A DNA stretch of 64,000 nucleotides from Phycisphaeraceae bacterium (GCA_963674705.1 OY771506.1:4192001-4256000), one strand, 5' to 3'. Positions 45,315 through 56,549 are shown, counted from the stretch's first letter. The notes: generated by a model from the letters alone, not told the origin. Numbers and translations are program-made.

Positions 45315-47333
45315 CTAACATGGCTTGCCGGACCACAGCCAGTCGATCTGAGCCTGCGTCAGTTCGATATCAAGAGCGGGCATGCAAGTAGCGGTTTCGT
45401 GCACGCTGCGTGGGCCGATCAATGCAAAGCTCGGGAACGGTTGACACAGCACATACGCCGCCGCGATGTTGATCGGGCTGACGCCCAGTTCTTCAGCCAG
45501 TTGCTCAGCACGCGCCCGGCGGGCCTCATTTTCAGGTGAATCCCAGCTTTTGAAGTTGTCCTGACCGAGACGCATCCGCAGGTGCGGCGGCAGGAAGTAG
45601 CCACGGGCCTGGCTGGACCATGCCAGGTGCGGCATGTTGTGTTCTGCCAGCCATCGGCGAGATTCGGTATCGGACAGGTGCACGCATCCGCCCCACACCG
45701 GCTTGACCATTTCGGCCAGCGACAGGTTATTATTGACGACGCCGAAGCCCTGCTTGCCATTGGCCTTGGCGTATTCGTTTGCCTCAGCGATGCGCTTAAG
45801 CGACCAGTTACTGCCGCCGAACACCTGGATACGGCCGGCCTTGACGTGTTCATTGAGCATATCGACAAATTCGCCGACCGGCACATCGGTATTGTCGCGG
45901 TGGAGGATGTAGAGTTCGACGTGGTCGGTCCGCATGCGCTGCTGCGATTCGATCACTTGCTTGCTGACCGCGTCGGGCGTGCAGTAGGGCGGGTGTCCAC
46001 CTTTGCTGAGGATCACGACCTGGTCGCGCACGCCGCGTGCTTCGATCCACTGGCCTAGGAAACGTTCCTGCTTGCCGCCGTAGTAAAGGTGTGCGGTGTC
46101 GAAGGCATTGCCGCCGCGCTCGAACCAGTCGTCGAAGAGAACGGCACAGTGTGCGTAGGTTTCCTGGTTATCACAACCCATCAGCATCAGGCTGATGTCT
46201 TTGTCGATCCCGTCGATCCGGCCGTAACGCATGTTGTGATCTGCCCGGCGCTGCAGGGGTTCGCCGGCGATAGTGTTGATGCCCTGGGCCTCTGGTGTTT
46301 CGTCGACAAACTGCACGCCGATCGCCTGACGCCAGCGGTCCAGGGTCGCGAGGTTGCCCAAGGTATCGTCCCATGTCATAGCAGGGGAGCCAGGCTCCTG
46401 TTGCCCGGCGGCTATCGCTTCAGCAACCACATCTGCCTCGTACGAGAAGCTCGTACGGTTGATCGGTATCTCGACTTTTTCGACTCCACTGTTCTTGTAT
46501 ACCTCGATCACACCGTCGTGTGCATCGGTTCGCTGATGTGCCCACGGATCGGGAAGCACAATGCGTCCTTCGCTGCCATGGATCACGACCCGGTTATCGA
46601 GGTTGGCTTGAATACCGGTCGCCACCTGGGCGAGTATGCCATTGTCGAACTTCAGGACCGCGGCGGTGTAGGCATCGACGCCTGTTTCTGCTAACTCACC
46701 AACCGCGCTGACCGCCACCGGATCGCGGAAAGGCTTATCGTCGACAACCCCGGCGATCAGCCTCGCCATCGAAACGGGATAGCAACCGACATCCATGATC
46801 CCGCCGCCGGCGAGTTTATTACTGAATAACCGGCTATCGGGATTAAAACCCGCGGCGAATCCGAACGAAGCCTGAATGAATTTAACGTCGCCGATCGCGC
46901 GGTCTCGTAGTAACTGTAGAAGCTTCGCTGTCTGAGGATTGCACCGGTACATGAAGGCTTCCATGAGGAAGACACCGTTCTCACGGGCAGCCTCGATCAT
47001 AGCCATCGCCTGCGCGGCGTTGAGTGCCAGCGGCTTCTCGCACAGGATGTGCTTGCCCGCTTTCGCGGCTCGGATCGCCCAGCGCGGGTGCATCGGGTGA
47101 GGCGTGGCAATGTAAACCGCATCCACCTCGTCATCAGTCAACAGCGCATCGTAGTCACCGTAAGCGGTCGCAATCCCGAATGGAGCAGCGAACTGTTTTG
47201 CTTTTTCGAGCGATCGGCTGGCGACGGCAGTCACCCGGCCGGACTTGCCCATCTGCACGCCTCGAACAAACGCATCGGCGATCGCACCGGCACCGAGGAT
47301 GCCCCATCTGAGTTTATGGTTGTTGTCTGACAC
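45315..47333 (-). CDS. Gfo/Idh/MocA oxidoreductase fused to an aldo/keto reductase
   Basis: N-terminal WGILGAGAIA, HILCEKP, GGGIMDVGCY; C-terminal GGNAFDTAHLY, ILSKGGH, LHRD, GGSNW, AWSSQARG. Confidence 0.9.
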   Translation of the reverse strand: MSDNNHKLRWGILGAGAIADAFVRGVQMGKSGRVTAVASRSLEKAKQFAAPFGIATAYGDYDALLTDDEVDAVYIATPHPMHPRWAIRAAKAGKHILCEKPLALNAAQAMAMIEAARENGVFLMEAFMYRCNPQTAKLLQLLRDRAIGDVKFIQASFGFAAGFNPDSRLFSNKLAGGGIMDVGCYPVSMARLIAGVVDDKPFRDPVAVSAVGELAETGVDAYTAAVLKFDNGILAQVATGIQANLDNRVVIHGSEGRIVLPDPWAHQRTDAHDGVIEVYKNSGVEKVEIPINRTSFSYEADVVAEAIAAGQQEPGSPAMTWDDTLGNLATLDRWRQAIGVQFVDETPEAQGINTIAGEPLQRRADHNMRYGRIDGIDKDISLMLMGCDNQETYAHCAVLFDDWFERGGNAFDTAHLYYGGKQERFLGQWIEARGVRDQVVILSKGGHPPYCTPDAVSKQVIESQQRMRTDHVELYILHRDNTDVPVGEFVDMLNEHVKAGRIQVFGGSNWSLKRIAEANEYAKANGKQGFGVVNNNLSLAEMVKPVWGGCVHLSDTESRRWLAEHNMPHLAWSSQARGYFLPPHLRMRLGQDNFKSWDSPENEARRARAEQLAEELGVSPINIAAAYVLCQPFPSFALIGPRSVHETATCMPALDIELTQAQIDWLWSGKPC

Positions 47334-47448
47334 GTTGACAATCCTTATGAACTGATATTTACGGCTTGGCGGATTAACTTGCGCCGCGAGTAGGGTAGCG
47401 AGTTAACCTGACGCGTAAAGGGGGGTAAGTGATGTAACTGACCATTAC

Positions 47449-47480
47449 AAAAAAAAAGCCCACGCGGAGTGCGTGGGCTT
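47449..47480 (-). terminator. Intrinsic terminator after eno
   Basis: AAGCCCACGC-N5-GCGTGGGCTT with an A-run on the left (U-tract on the minus strand). Confidence 0.88.
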
Positions 47481-47511
47481 GTGAGTCGTTAGATGTAATC
47501 AAGCCTCCGGT

Positions 47512-49050
<1,539 letters not shown>

Positions 49051-49322
49051 TTAACATTTGTTTGCAGGCCAAGTCTATTATTGGATTTACTTTAAGTTTT
49101 TCCGATATAAGGTGCTTCACTTCGATATAGAATGTTAGAAAAATTCACAATTCACCGCGATGTCGACTTGACAAGCGGCTCAAACTAGCCAAAACTAGAT
49201 ACATAAATCAGCCCCCGGAAGCGCTCCGGCAGGCCTTGTGCCAGCCGGGGCGTTTTTTATTTCGCCTATGCCAGGCCCGCAAGCCCAGGTGTCAGCCGGG
49301 CATTTGTCAGCCATGTAGATGC

Positions 49323-49350
49323 AAAGAAAAAGGGCTCCGCGGCGGAGCCC
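49323..49350 (-). terminator. Terminator downstream of tRNA-Arg
   Basis: GGGCTCCGC-GCGGAGCCC hairpin followed by TTTTTCTTT on the minus strand. Confidence 0.8.
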
Positions 49351-49354
49351 GTGA

Positions 49355-49428
49355 CGCCCTCGATAGGATTCGAACCTATGACCTATGCTTTAGGAAAGCA
49401 TTGCTCTATCCAGCTGAGCTACGAGGGC
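49355..49428 (-). tRNA. tRNA-Arg, anticodon CCT
   Basis: Reverse complement GCCCTCGTAGCTCAGCTGGATAGAGCA-ATGCT-TTCCTAA-AGCAT-AGGTCATAGGTTCGAATCCTATCGAGGGCG; CCA is not encoded. Confidence 0.97.
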
Positions 49429-49529
49429 ATGGCTGGCTGTAGATCAGGATCATACACTTGCGACGATCAAGACAGGATACCAGAGCGGGATTGACCGGGG
49501 AAGTCTACACACGACCTGGACAGACACGA

Positions 49530-49988
49530 TCAGTAAGGTCGGTTCAATTCGACTGCGGCTAATTCCCACGCTCCGTTTTGGAGTTCAAATGCCATTGTCT
49601 GGCTTGCCCGATAGTCACCGTCTCTGGCTGTGACGGTCACTGTACGGCGAGATTGGTCACTTATCGAAAAGTCGATCTTGACTGATGCTTCTTCCATGTC
49701 TGCCGGCAACTCGAGTGTCTGGCTCCAGGCGCCGGCCGGGTTGTCCATGATGGATTCACGTGCAGCGACACCACCGGCAAGAAGTAGCTGTCTTAGCTGG
49801 ACCTCGGTATTAACTCGCTGACTCCTGCGTGAGTCCACCTGAACAAGAACAGTCATGGCAAGCAGAGCCGACCCCACCAGGGAAATCATAACGACCGCAA
49901 CCAACGTCGCGAAAGCTCGATCTCGGTATGCCCGGGCATCAGAAGCTTTCATGAGCCTTGCCCTTTCATGATGTGCATCGCGCTGCAA
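49530..49988 (-). CDS. GspK/PilX-like minor pseudopilin (true start probably slightly downstream)
   Basis: RDRA|FATLVAVVMISLVGSALLAM hydrophobic helix without E5; last gene of the pilin series. Confidence 0.55.
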   Translation of the reverse strand: MQRDAHHERARLMKASDARAYRDRAFATLVAVVMISLVGSALLAMTVLVQVDSRRSQRVNTEVQLRQLLLAGGVAARESIMDNPAGAWSQTLELPADMEEASVKIDFSISDQSRRTVTVTARDGDYRASQTMAFELQNGAWELAAVELNRPY

Positions 49989-50455
49989 AGACGCACAGAC
50001 TGTTCGCCGCAGATCAGGTATAGATCGTTGTCTTTGGCTTCAAACGCCAGATCATCGGGTGCATACAATGGATCTTCCTCAATCACTTCACCCCGTTGAA
50101 TCGATAAGCGATAGATCAAGTTGGCCGGCTCTTGCTCATCCGCTGATTGTCGCAACTCCCAACGGACCGTGCTTCCATCCGGCATATCCAGAACGACTTG
50201 ATCCGGTTTGTCTGAAGTGACCTCCGCTGAGCCCCAGACATCTAAACGGATCAGCCGAACCACGCTGTCAGACCATACGATATCCTGCTCCGACTTGATG
50301 GCGTCACGTTGTATCACAGTGCATGACATGAACAACTCGTTCGCAATCCCCAGAGCCATCGCCAGTAGGACCAATACCAGAGCGAGCTCCATCAATGAGG
50401 TGCCGCGAGATCGATATGGATACTTCATCTGACTCATGACATCATTCCAGATCAC
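49949..50455 (-). CDS. Minor pseudopilin (GspJ/PilW-like)
   Basis: RSRG|TSLMELALVLVLLAMALG class III signal. Confidence 0.7.
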   Translation of the reverse strand: MIWNDVMSQMKYPYRSRGTSLMELALVLVLLAMALGIANELFMSCTVIQRDAIKSEQDIVWSDSVVRLIRLDVWGSAEVTSDKPDQVVLDMPDGSTVRWELRQSADEQEPANLIYRLSIQRGEVIEEDPLYAPDDLAFEAKDNDLYLICGEQSVRLCSAMHIMKGQGS

Positions 50456-50810
50456 TTAACGCCTGTAGAGGTACCGCACCGGTCAGTGACGACTGCTGTT
50501 TTTCAAACTTCGCATTGATCTCTACCCATACCCATTGCTCACAAGGCCCCGGGGTATCCAACTTCTCAATGGTATACGTGGGTTCGGTGTCTTGCTCCCA
50601 TGGCGTCACATCGGGTTCAACGCCTTGCTGAAGATCTGTGAGGACACTTTCTGTCAGCCGGTTGAGCCGACGCTGTGTTTCCATCCGTGATAACGCGTGC
50701 CGATGGTGCGCCATCGCGGATGCAAGCACACCCAGCAGCACACCCAGGATGGATAGAGCGACGATGGCATCCATCAGCAACAAGCCTGAGTATCGTCGGT
50801 AGTTGCTCAT
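50442..50810 (-). CDS. Minor pseudopilin (GspI/PilV-like)
   Basis: RRYSG|LLLMDAIVALSILGVLLG, with D instead of E at +5. Confidence 0.65.
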   Translation of the reverse strand: MSNYRRYSGLLLMDAIVALSILGVLLGVLASAMAHHRHALSRMETQRRLNRLTESVLTDLQQGVEPDVTPWEQDTEPTYTIEKLDTPGPCEQWVWVEINAKFEKQQSSLTGAVPLQALSDLE

Positions 50811-52051
50811 CAGAACGTCCCTACCTTCAGCGTTGCATCTTCGATCAATACGACCAACGGCAGCATCATGCTGTAGGCCACCCAGCCGATGACCAGCGAC
50901 ATCATGATCACTGTTGCTGGAAGCACAGCAGACTTGATCAATAACGCGGCCCGGCTGAAGCGGTTGGTGTAATAACGACAGAGAAAGTCAAAGACGCGGG
51001 CCGGGTCGGAAACCGCCTGGCCGGTGGCGAGCATGCCGACCATGAGCCTGGGCAATCTTGCATCATCCGCGGCTTCACGCGGTGATCTGCCGGTCTTTAA
51101 TGCATCTGCAAACGTTTGAAGTCGTTGCTTAAGGACCACGTTGGTTTTTAACTCACCGGCCACAAAAGCCGCGTTCTCCAGGGTATCGCCCGCCTTCAGG
51201 GCTTCAGATATCAAGCTACACGCATCAGCCAGACCACGATCACGGACGACTGACCTGGCCACGGGGGTTACCCAGATCATTCGATCCGTGATCCAACTGA
51301 AGTGGCGGCGCGAGCCTTCGAAACCGTGCAATGCTTGCTGAAGGGCCCACCCGGCGGTCATCATGATTAGAATCACCATGAAGTAACACAACGGCCAACT
51401 GTAGTTACCCATCAGATGAAAAGTCCACGCCGTCTGCCAAGGCATGGCGACATCAAAGTCTTCAAAGATCTCCTGAAATATCGGTATGATGAAAACACCG
51501 AGAAAGGCCAGGCATAAGGAGAGGAACAGGATCAGCACGATACCGTACTTCCAGCTCAGCATCGGGCCATAGTTGTTGGCTTCATTGACTTTGTGTTCTT
51601 CATTGAGCGCTCGATCCAGGGCCGAGGGTAGTCTGCCGATACGTTCGCCTGTGGTGATGAGGTCGACCCAGCGTGCCGGCACCTCGGGCACATGCAACTG
51701 CAAGGCTTCACCGACCGACAGCCCTTCTTCAAGCGCGTCACACATATGCCCGAGTCGACGGCTCAAAACACCTTTCTCACTGGCCTGAGCAGCGGCCAAC
51801 ATCGGAGGGATCGGCAGGTTCAGACTCACCGCCTGCTTTACATAATTCAGCACCATGGTTCCACGATTACGGCGTGCTCGCTTAGCAGCCTGAGCAAACA
51901 TCAACATCAGGAATAAAGCCCCAACAGGGCCTAGCAACCACCCGAAGTAGGGGAAAAAACTAAACGGCCCAGCGACAACCAACATCGCGATTGTTCCGGC
52001 TACCATCCAGAACACCACCGCCAAGCCGTTTTGTAATAAACGCAAAGCCAT
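50810..52051 (-). CDS. GspF/PilC family platform protein with extra N-terminal TM helices
   Basis: LEEG.S..EAL..P.......GERIGRL..AL; FIIPIFQEIFEDFDVAMPWQT; second T2SSF-like repeat. Confidence 0.8.
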   Translation of the reverse strand: MALRLLQNGLAVVFWMVAGTIAMLVVAGPFSFFPYFGWLLGPVGALFLMLMFAQAAKRARRNRGTMVLNYVKQAVSLNLPIPPMLAAAQASEKGVLSRRLGHMCDALEEGLSVGEALQLHVPEVPARWVDLITTGERIGRLPSALDRALNEEHKVNEANNYGPMLSWKYGIVLILFLSLCLAFLGVFIIPIFQEIFEDFDVAMPWQTAWTFHLMGNYSWPLCYFMVILIMMTAGWALQQALHGFEGSRRHFSWITDRMIWVTPVARSVVRDRGLADACSLISEALKAGDTLENAAFVAGELKTNVVLKQRLQTFADALKTGRSPREAADDARLPRLMVGMLATGQAVSDPARVFDFLCRYYTNRFSRAALLIKSAVLPATVIMMSLVIGWVAYSMMLPLVVLIEDATLKVGTF

Positions 52052-52068
52052 TGATTACCTCCCGGCGA

Positions 52069-53289
52069 CTACATCACCGCCTGCATCAACTTCACCAGGG
52101 GCAGGAACATCGCCGCGATCATGGTGCCGATCAGGACCGCCAGCAGGATCAGGAAGAACGGCGTGAGGATAGTTTGCAGTGTTCCCAGGCGTAACTCGGC
52201 TTGCTGTTGATACATTTGGGAAATGTTCTCAAGCAAGGTGGGCAGGTCATGTTTGTTTGATGCAAGATGGATCGCGGCGGGGACAGCTTCAGGGGCCACG
52301 ATCAGCCTGGGGTGCTCATCAAGCGGACGACCGGACTCGATCGTTTGGCTGAGCACCTGGCCGTCGCGCCTTAACAGGGGAGACGCCACCGCATCCCCGG
52401 CCAGTTCGAGTGATGCCGGCAGGTCCATGCCTGCCTGCACGCCTACTTTCAAAGCATCTGTCCAACGGGCGACCAGGTTACGCCGAATTACAGCACCTAT
52501 GACGGGGATCGGCATGATCAGGTAATCGACGATGGCCTGGCTCTTGCCGGCAGCGCGGAGTATGGACCAAAGCAGTATCACAACAATGATGAAAGCCAGG
52601 ATTGCCAGGGCGATGTTCGGCATCCAGCCGCCCAACTTCAGCACACATGAAGTTAGAAAGGGTAATTCTGTGTCGAAGTCTTCATAGATTGATGCAAACT
52701 GTGGCAGGATGTAGACGCCTAGAAAAACGAATACCAGTGCTGCGCCACACAGGACCATGAGCGGGTAACTGGCGGCACGCCAGAGCGTACCACGCAGGCG
52801 CTGCATCAGTTCCAGATGGCGGCCGAGGTTGAAAAGCACGGCCGGTAATTGATTCGAACGTACGCCCGCATCAATCAGCCGACCGTACAGGGGGGGGAAT
52901 AAGCGTCGATGTTTCTCGAAAGCTTCCGGCAGGTCCGCACCCGCTTCCAGTTCAGAAGCGACACGACTGATGGATTCAGCCAGCCGTCCACTGCGCATGT
53001 CACGTGCGATCAAACGCAATCCAACTTCAACGGGCAGGCCTGCGGCAGTCAACTGGGCGAGTTGCTGATTAAATGCAACGAACTCGCCACCACGCAGGGG
53101 CGATGCGCCTTTCACCTTATCCGTCTGCTCGATCTCAAGCACACGCAGGTTCATGTCTGAAAGGGCGTCACGGGCTTCTTCGGCACTGGCCGCTTCGATC
53201 ACGCCGGTGAGCGTTCGGCCCTGGGTCGTCTGAGCCTCATAGGCAAAACGGCAAAGTCCTTGAGGGATATCTTGCATTGCGGACCTCAA
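52069..53289 (-). CDS. GspF/PilC family platform protein
   Basis: FAYEAQT..G....G.IEA.S..EAR..L; QLAQL.AAGLP; YPLMV; ILPQFASIYEDF..ELP.LT; AMFLPL. Confidence 0.9.
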   Translation of the reverse strand: MRSAMQDIPQGLCRFAYEAQTTQGRTLTGVIEAASAEEARDALSDMNLRVLEIEQTDKVKGASPLRGGEFVAFNQQLAQLTAAGLPVEVGLRLIARDMRSGRLAESISRVASELEAGADLPEAFEKHRRLFPPLYGRLIDAGVRSNQLPAVLFNLGRHLELMQRLRGTLWRAASYPLMVLCGAALVFVFLGVYILPQFASIYEDFDTELPFLTSCVLKLGGWMPNIALAILAFIIVVILLWSILRAAGKSQAIVDYLIMPIPVIGAVIRRNLVARWTDALKVGVQAGMDLPASLELAGDAVASPLLRRDGQVLSQTIESGRPLDEHPRLIVAPEAVPAAIHLASNKHDLPTLLENISQMYQQQAELRLGTLQTILTPFFLILLAVLIGTMIAAMFLPLVKLMQAVM

Positions 53290-54386
53290 TCCTCATCAGG
53301 CTCGACAACCGGAAGCGTTGACATCAGGTCAGACATGCTCTTGCCTGTTTGCTGCCGCAGCAATGAATCTGCTTCCTGTACTTCGAGCCTTTCCACATGC
53401 CCGTCGGCATACCCCACATTGATTAGTTCGCCGGGTTCACCGGGTGATTGGAAACTCACGATCCGCTGGCTGTCAAAGTCCTGGTCATCATGTGGGATGA
53501 TATATAGACCGGTTGATGCAGACAGGGATTGATTCACTTCAGCGTTACTTATACCTGTGGCTTGTTTGATCGCCGCAGACCGTGTGCTTTCTTCAGTATT
53601 CGGGATGATGGTGGCAGGGCCGGTATCAACCTGTATCAGCACGACAAGCAGCAATCCGAGTGCGACCGCACCGGTTACTGCAACCGAGGCTTTGAGTATC
53701 AGGCTGCCTTTACCGAGGCCGCCGCTGCCGAATGCCATAGGATCGCCACTGACCATGGCCATCTTCCCGAGTTCTGCGCTGACCTGAGGTGGCGCGGCGA
53801 GCGATGTCTGCGCTGTCAATACGCTTGTCAGCGCAGCCAGGCCTACGACGAAGCCGGACTTCTTCAGATGCACGCGAAGTTCCTGCAAGCCTTGCTTGAT
53901 CCGTCGTGAAACAGTCGCGGCCGAAGCGTCTGTCTCCTGGGCAAGTTGACGTTGCGACTTGCCGGCCAGGAAGTGATCGACTAACAGCGAGCGGGTGGGT
54001 TCCGAAAGTTGCGCCAAAGCCTCATCGATCTGTGGCGAAAGGACACTCCAACTGGGGGGATTGGCCTTGCCGTGATAGTACTCACTGCTGTAGATACGTT
54101 CTCTTTTTGTTCTTGCAGAGTCGCTTCGTAATACATCCAGAGAACGGCGGGTAGCTGTGCGGTGCAGCCAGGCCCCGACAGAGCGATTCACGGTACCGGG
54201 CGAACTCATCAGACGGTAGAAAGTGTCTTGGGCGGCGTCCTCAGCCAAGGCTTTGTCGTGGAGCACACGCAGGCAGGTATGGTAAACGAGCGAGGTGTAC
54301 CGACGGACTAACTCACCGAACGCATCCGGGTCGCCACCCTTTGCGTAGCGTTTGAGCAGGTCGAGATCGGCTTCAGACTTAAGCAT
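53286..54386 (-). CDS. ECF sigma factor with a C-terminal TM extension
   Basis: Sigma2 DAFGELVRRY..AEDAAQDTF..WL; sigma4 SQRQLA..ATVSRRI..GL.ELR; hydrophobic segments; C-terminal INVGYADGHVE. Confidence 0.88.
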   Translation of the reverse strand: MLKSEADLDLLKRYAKGGDPDAFGELVRRYTSLVYHTCLRVLHDKALAEDAAQDTFYRLMSSPGTVNRSVGAWLHRTATRRSLDVLRSDSARTKRERIYSSEYYHGKANPPSWSVLSPQIDEALAQLSEPTRSLLVDHFLAGKSQRQLAQETDASAATVSRRIKQGLQELRVHLKKSGFVVGLAALTSVLTAQTSLAAPPQVSAELGKMAMVSGDPMAFGSGGLGKGSLILKASVAVTGAVALGLLLVVLIQVDTGPATIIPNTEESTRSAAIKQATGISNAEVNQSLSASTGLYIIPHDDQDFDSQRIVSFQSPGEPGELINVGYADGHVERLEVQEADSLLRQQTGKSMSDLMSTLPVVEPDED

Positions 54387-54470
54387 GTGTCGTTCACCCT
54401 GGCTGGGTATTCATCTGCATGGTTATCTCAACAATCTATCAATCAGGACGTAGCCGGGAATCAGGGGCTT

Positions 54471-55583
54471 TCATTTACCCGTATCTTTTCGTAAATTCCC
54501 TGGCCCTAACACCCGATTAACCTCCGTCTCATCCGTGATACCCGATAGGACCAGGTCCCGGGCCGACTCGGCAAGCGTCTGATAACCAGCCTGCCCGTGT
54601 AAGGCTTGTGACAGCGCCTGGGTATCGCAGCGTCGGCTGATCGCATCGCGTGTGGTCGTATCGATATAGGCAAATTCGCATAGTGGCGTCCGGCCCATGT
54701 ACCTGGCTGATTCGTTTTGCGAGTTGGATAAGCGTCGCACCAATCGCATCGAGGCCACGCCGAAAAGGGCGCTTGCCACCTGGTAAGGTTCGATCCCCAT
54801 CTCGATCAGCCGAACGATCGCGCCGGCGGGAGATGAGGCATGGAGCGTAGAGATCAATCGATGGCCGGATAGGGCGGCCTGGATCGCGATGCCGGCGGTC
54901 TGCTCATCCCGGATCTCACCCAGTGCCAGCACCTGGGGGTCCTGGCGTAACATGCTGCGTAAAACCTTTTCGTAGGACAGTTCACCAAAGGGAGACACTT
55001 CGATCTGCGTCACACCGGGGATGTCGCGTTCCACAGGGTCTTCCAGTGCGATCACGCTCAGGCCCGGCGATGTCGCCACGATATGCTCAAGCAGCGCGTA
55101 GATCGTTGTGGTCTTACCCGAACCGGCTGGGCCACAGAGCAAGAGCATCCCACTGTCAGATTGAGCGTAATCTTTGAAGCCCTGCATGGCCCTGCCAGAC
55201 AATCCCAATCGGTCCAGGGTTCTGGGCTGGATCAACTCGGCCGGCAGACGCACGACCGCACGCAATGAGTGGGTCGTAGGCATCACCGCCAGACGCAGGT
55301 CGATCGCCCGATCCAAGGATGGGACGCGAACCGTCAATCGGCCTTCCTGCGGGACATCCTGCCTGTAGGTCAGCAACTGTGCTGCGACCATCAGCCGATT
55401 GACGTAGCTGCGACCGGTAGCAAAGTCCAGTGATTCGATCTTCTCCAGCAAGCCATCGATGCGGAAGCGTAGTTCGTAACCCTCCCTCGTCGGCTCGAGG
55501 TGGATATCCGAAGCCCTGCGCTCGACAGCGTCCACCAGAAGGGCTTCGACCGCGATACGTGCATCTGTCGTCGGCTTGGACAT
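54471..55583 (-). CDS. GspE/PilB family assembly ATPase, short form lacking the N-terminal domain
   Basis: ASDIHLEP, RFRIDGLL, PQEGR, GPAGSGKTTTIY, LEDPVE, LRQDP....GEIRD, SGH...STLH. Confidence 0.93.
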   Translation of the reverse strand: MSKPTTDARIAVEALLVDAVERRASDIHLEPTREGYELRFRIDGLLEKIESLDFATGRSYVNRLMVAAQLLTYRQDVPQEGRLTVRVPSLDRAIDLRLAVMPTTHSLRAVVRLPAELIQPRTLDRLGLSGRAMQGFKDYAQSDSGMLLLCGPAGSGKTTTIYALLEHIVATSPGLSVIALEDPVERDIPGVTQIEVSPFGELSYEKVLRSMLRQDPQVLALGEIRDEQTAGIAIQAALSGHRLISTLHASSPAGAIVRLIEMGIEPYQVASALFGVASMRLVRRLSNSQNESARYMGRTPLCEFAYIDTTTRDAISRRCDTQALSQALHGQAGYQTLAESARDLVLSGITDETEVNRVLGPGNLRKDTGK

Positions 55584-55701
55584 CGGGCCTCCGCTTAACA
55601 GTTTAACAGCCGTCTATTCATAAAGACGAGACAAGATGTGTGTCATTTGCAGGAAAACCACCTGCGGGGCGATCGATCGAGGTTTTCGATACTATCCATG
55701 C

Positions 55702-56448
55702 ATGCCAGAACCCGAAAAGCCCAGCCCAATGCCTATCCCGTCGTTCATGCCGGACGACTTAGCCCGCCTGGGCCTTGATATCACCCCAAGCACGCTTGAG
55801 CAGTTAGCTGGGTATCTGAGCCTGTTGCTGGACGCCAATACCCGCGTAAATCTGACGGCGATCAAGGACCCTGACACGGCCTGGCGACGGCTGATCACGG
55901 ACAGCCTGACCTTGTTGCCCGGTCTGGAGCAACTTGAATCCGGCGCACGTATCATCGATGTGGGTACCGGCGGGGGGCTGCCGGGCATGCCGCTGGCGAT
56001 CGCAAGACCCGACCTCGAATTCACGCTGCTTGACGCGACCGGCAAGAAGGTGAACTTCCTCAAGTCCTGTATCGAACAACTCGGGCTTAAGAATGTGCAG
56101 GCCATCCAGAACCGCGCGGAAGTCATCGGCCATGATTCTGTTTATCGCCAGAAGTACGACCTGGCGGTGGTCCGAGCGGTGGGAAAGGTTTCCGAGATCG
56201 CCGAGTATTGCCTGCCGTTAGTTAAAGAAGGCGGTCGTATGCTCGCGATGAAAGGCAGCGCCGCGGAACAGGAACTCGATGATGCGGGTGATGCCCTTAG
56301 CATACTGGGCGCCGGAGATTTGGCACTGATTGATGCATACCCTAAGGGATTCGATAGCGAACTGGTTCTGATCAGTGTGATCAAAGACCGGTCTACACCC
56401 AAGAAGTACCCGAGGGAAACTGGGACTCCGAGGAAGGTGCCTTTATAA
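55702..56448 (+). CDS. rsmG: 16S rRNA m7G527 methyltransferase
   Basis: N.RVNLTAI, DSL, IDVGTGGGLPG.PLAI, LLDATGKK..FL, RAE, RAV, TPKKYPR..G.P. Confidence 0.95.
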   Translation: MPEPEKPSPMPIPSFMPDDLARLGLDITPSTLEQLAGYLSLLLDANTRVNLTAIKDPDTAWRRLITDSLTLLPGLEQLESGARIIDVGTGGGLPGMPLAIARPDLEFTLLDATGKKVNFLKSCIEQLGLKNVQAIQNRAEVIGHDSVYRQKYDLAVVRAVGKVSEIAEYCLPLVKEGGRMLAMKGSAAEQELDDAGDALSILGAGDLALIDAYPKGFDSELVLISVIKDRSTPKKYPRETGTPRKVPL

Positions 56449-56512
56449 AAGAACGACTTTATACCCGGACCTTCGCTTCGCTCAGGACCGGCGTTGTTAG
56501 AGACTCAGTATT

Positions 56513-56540
56513 CCGACACCCGATACCCGATACCCGAACA
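56513..56540 (+). repeat. Heptamer tandem repeat (CCGAnAC)x4
   Basis: CCGACAC CCGATAC CCGATAC CCGAACA. Confidence 0.75.
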
Positions 56541-56549
56541 ACGATAACC

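Noticed and set aside
49355..55583. T2SS-like cluster as an island integrated at tRNA-Arg
   Set aside because: The cluster lies on the 5' side of the tRNA, there is no integrase, and I saw no duplicated tRNA 3' end
56463..56490. CCGGACCTTCGCTTCGCTCAGGACCGG as a distinct element
   Set aside because: It looks REP-like but is single-copy in this window, so it cannot be supported as a repeat
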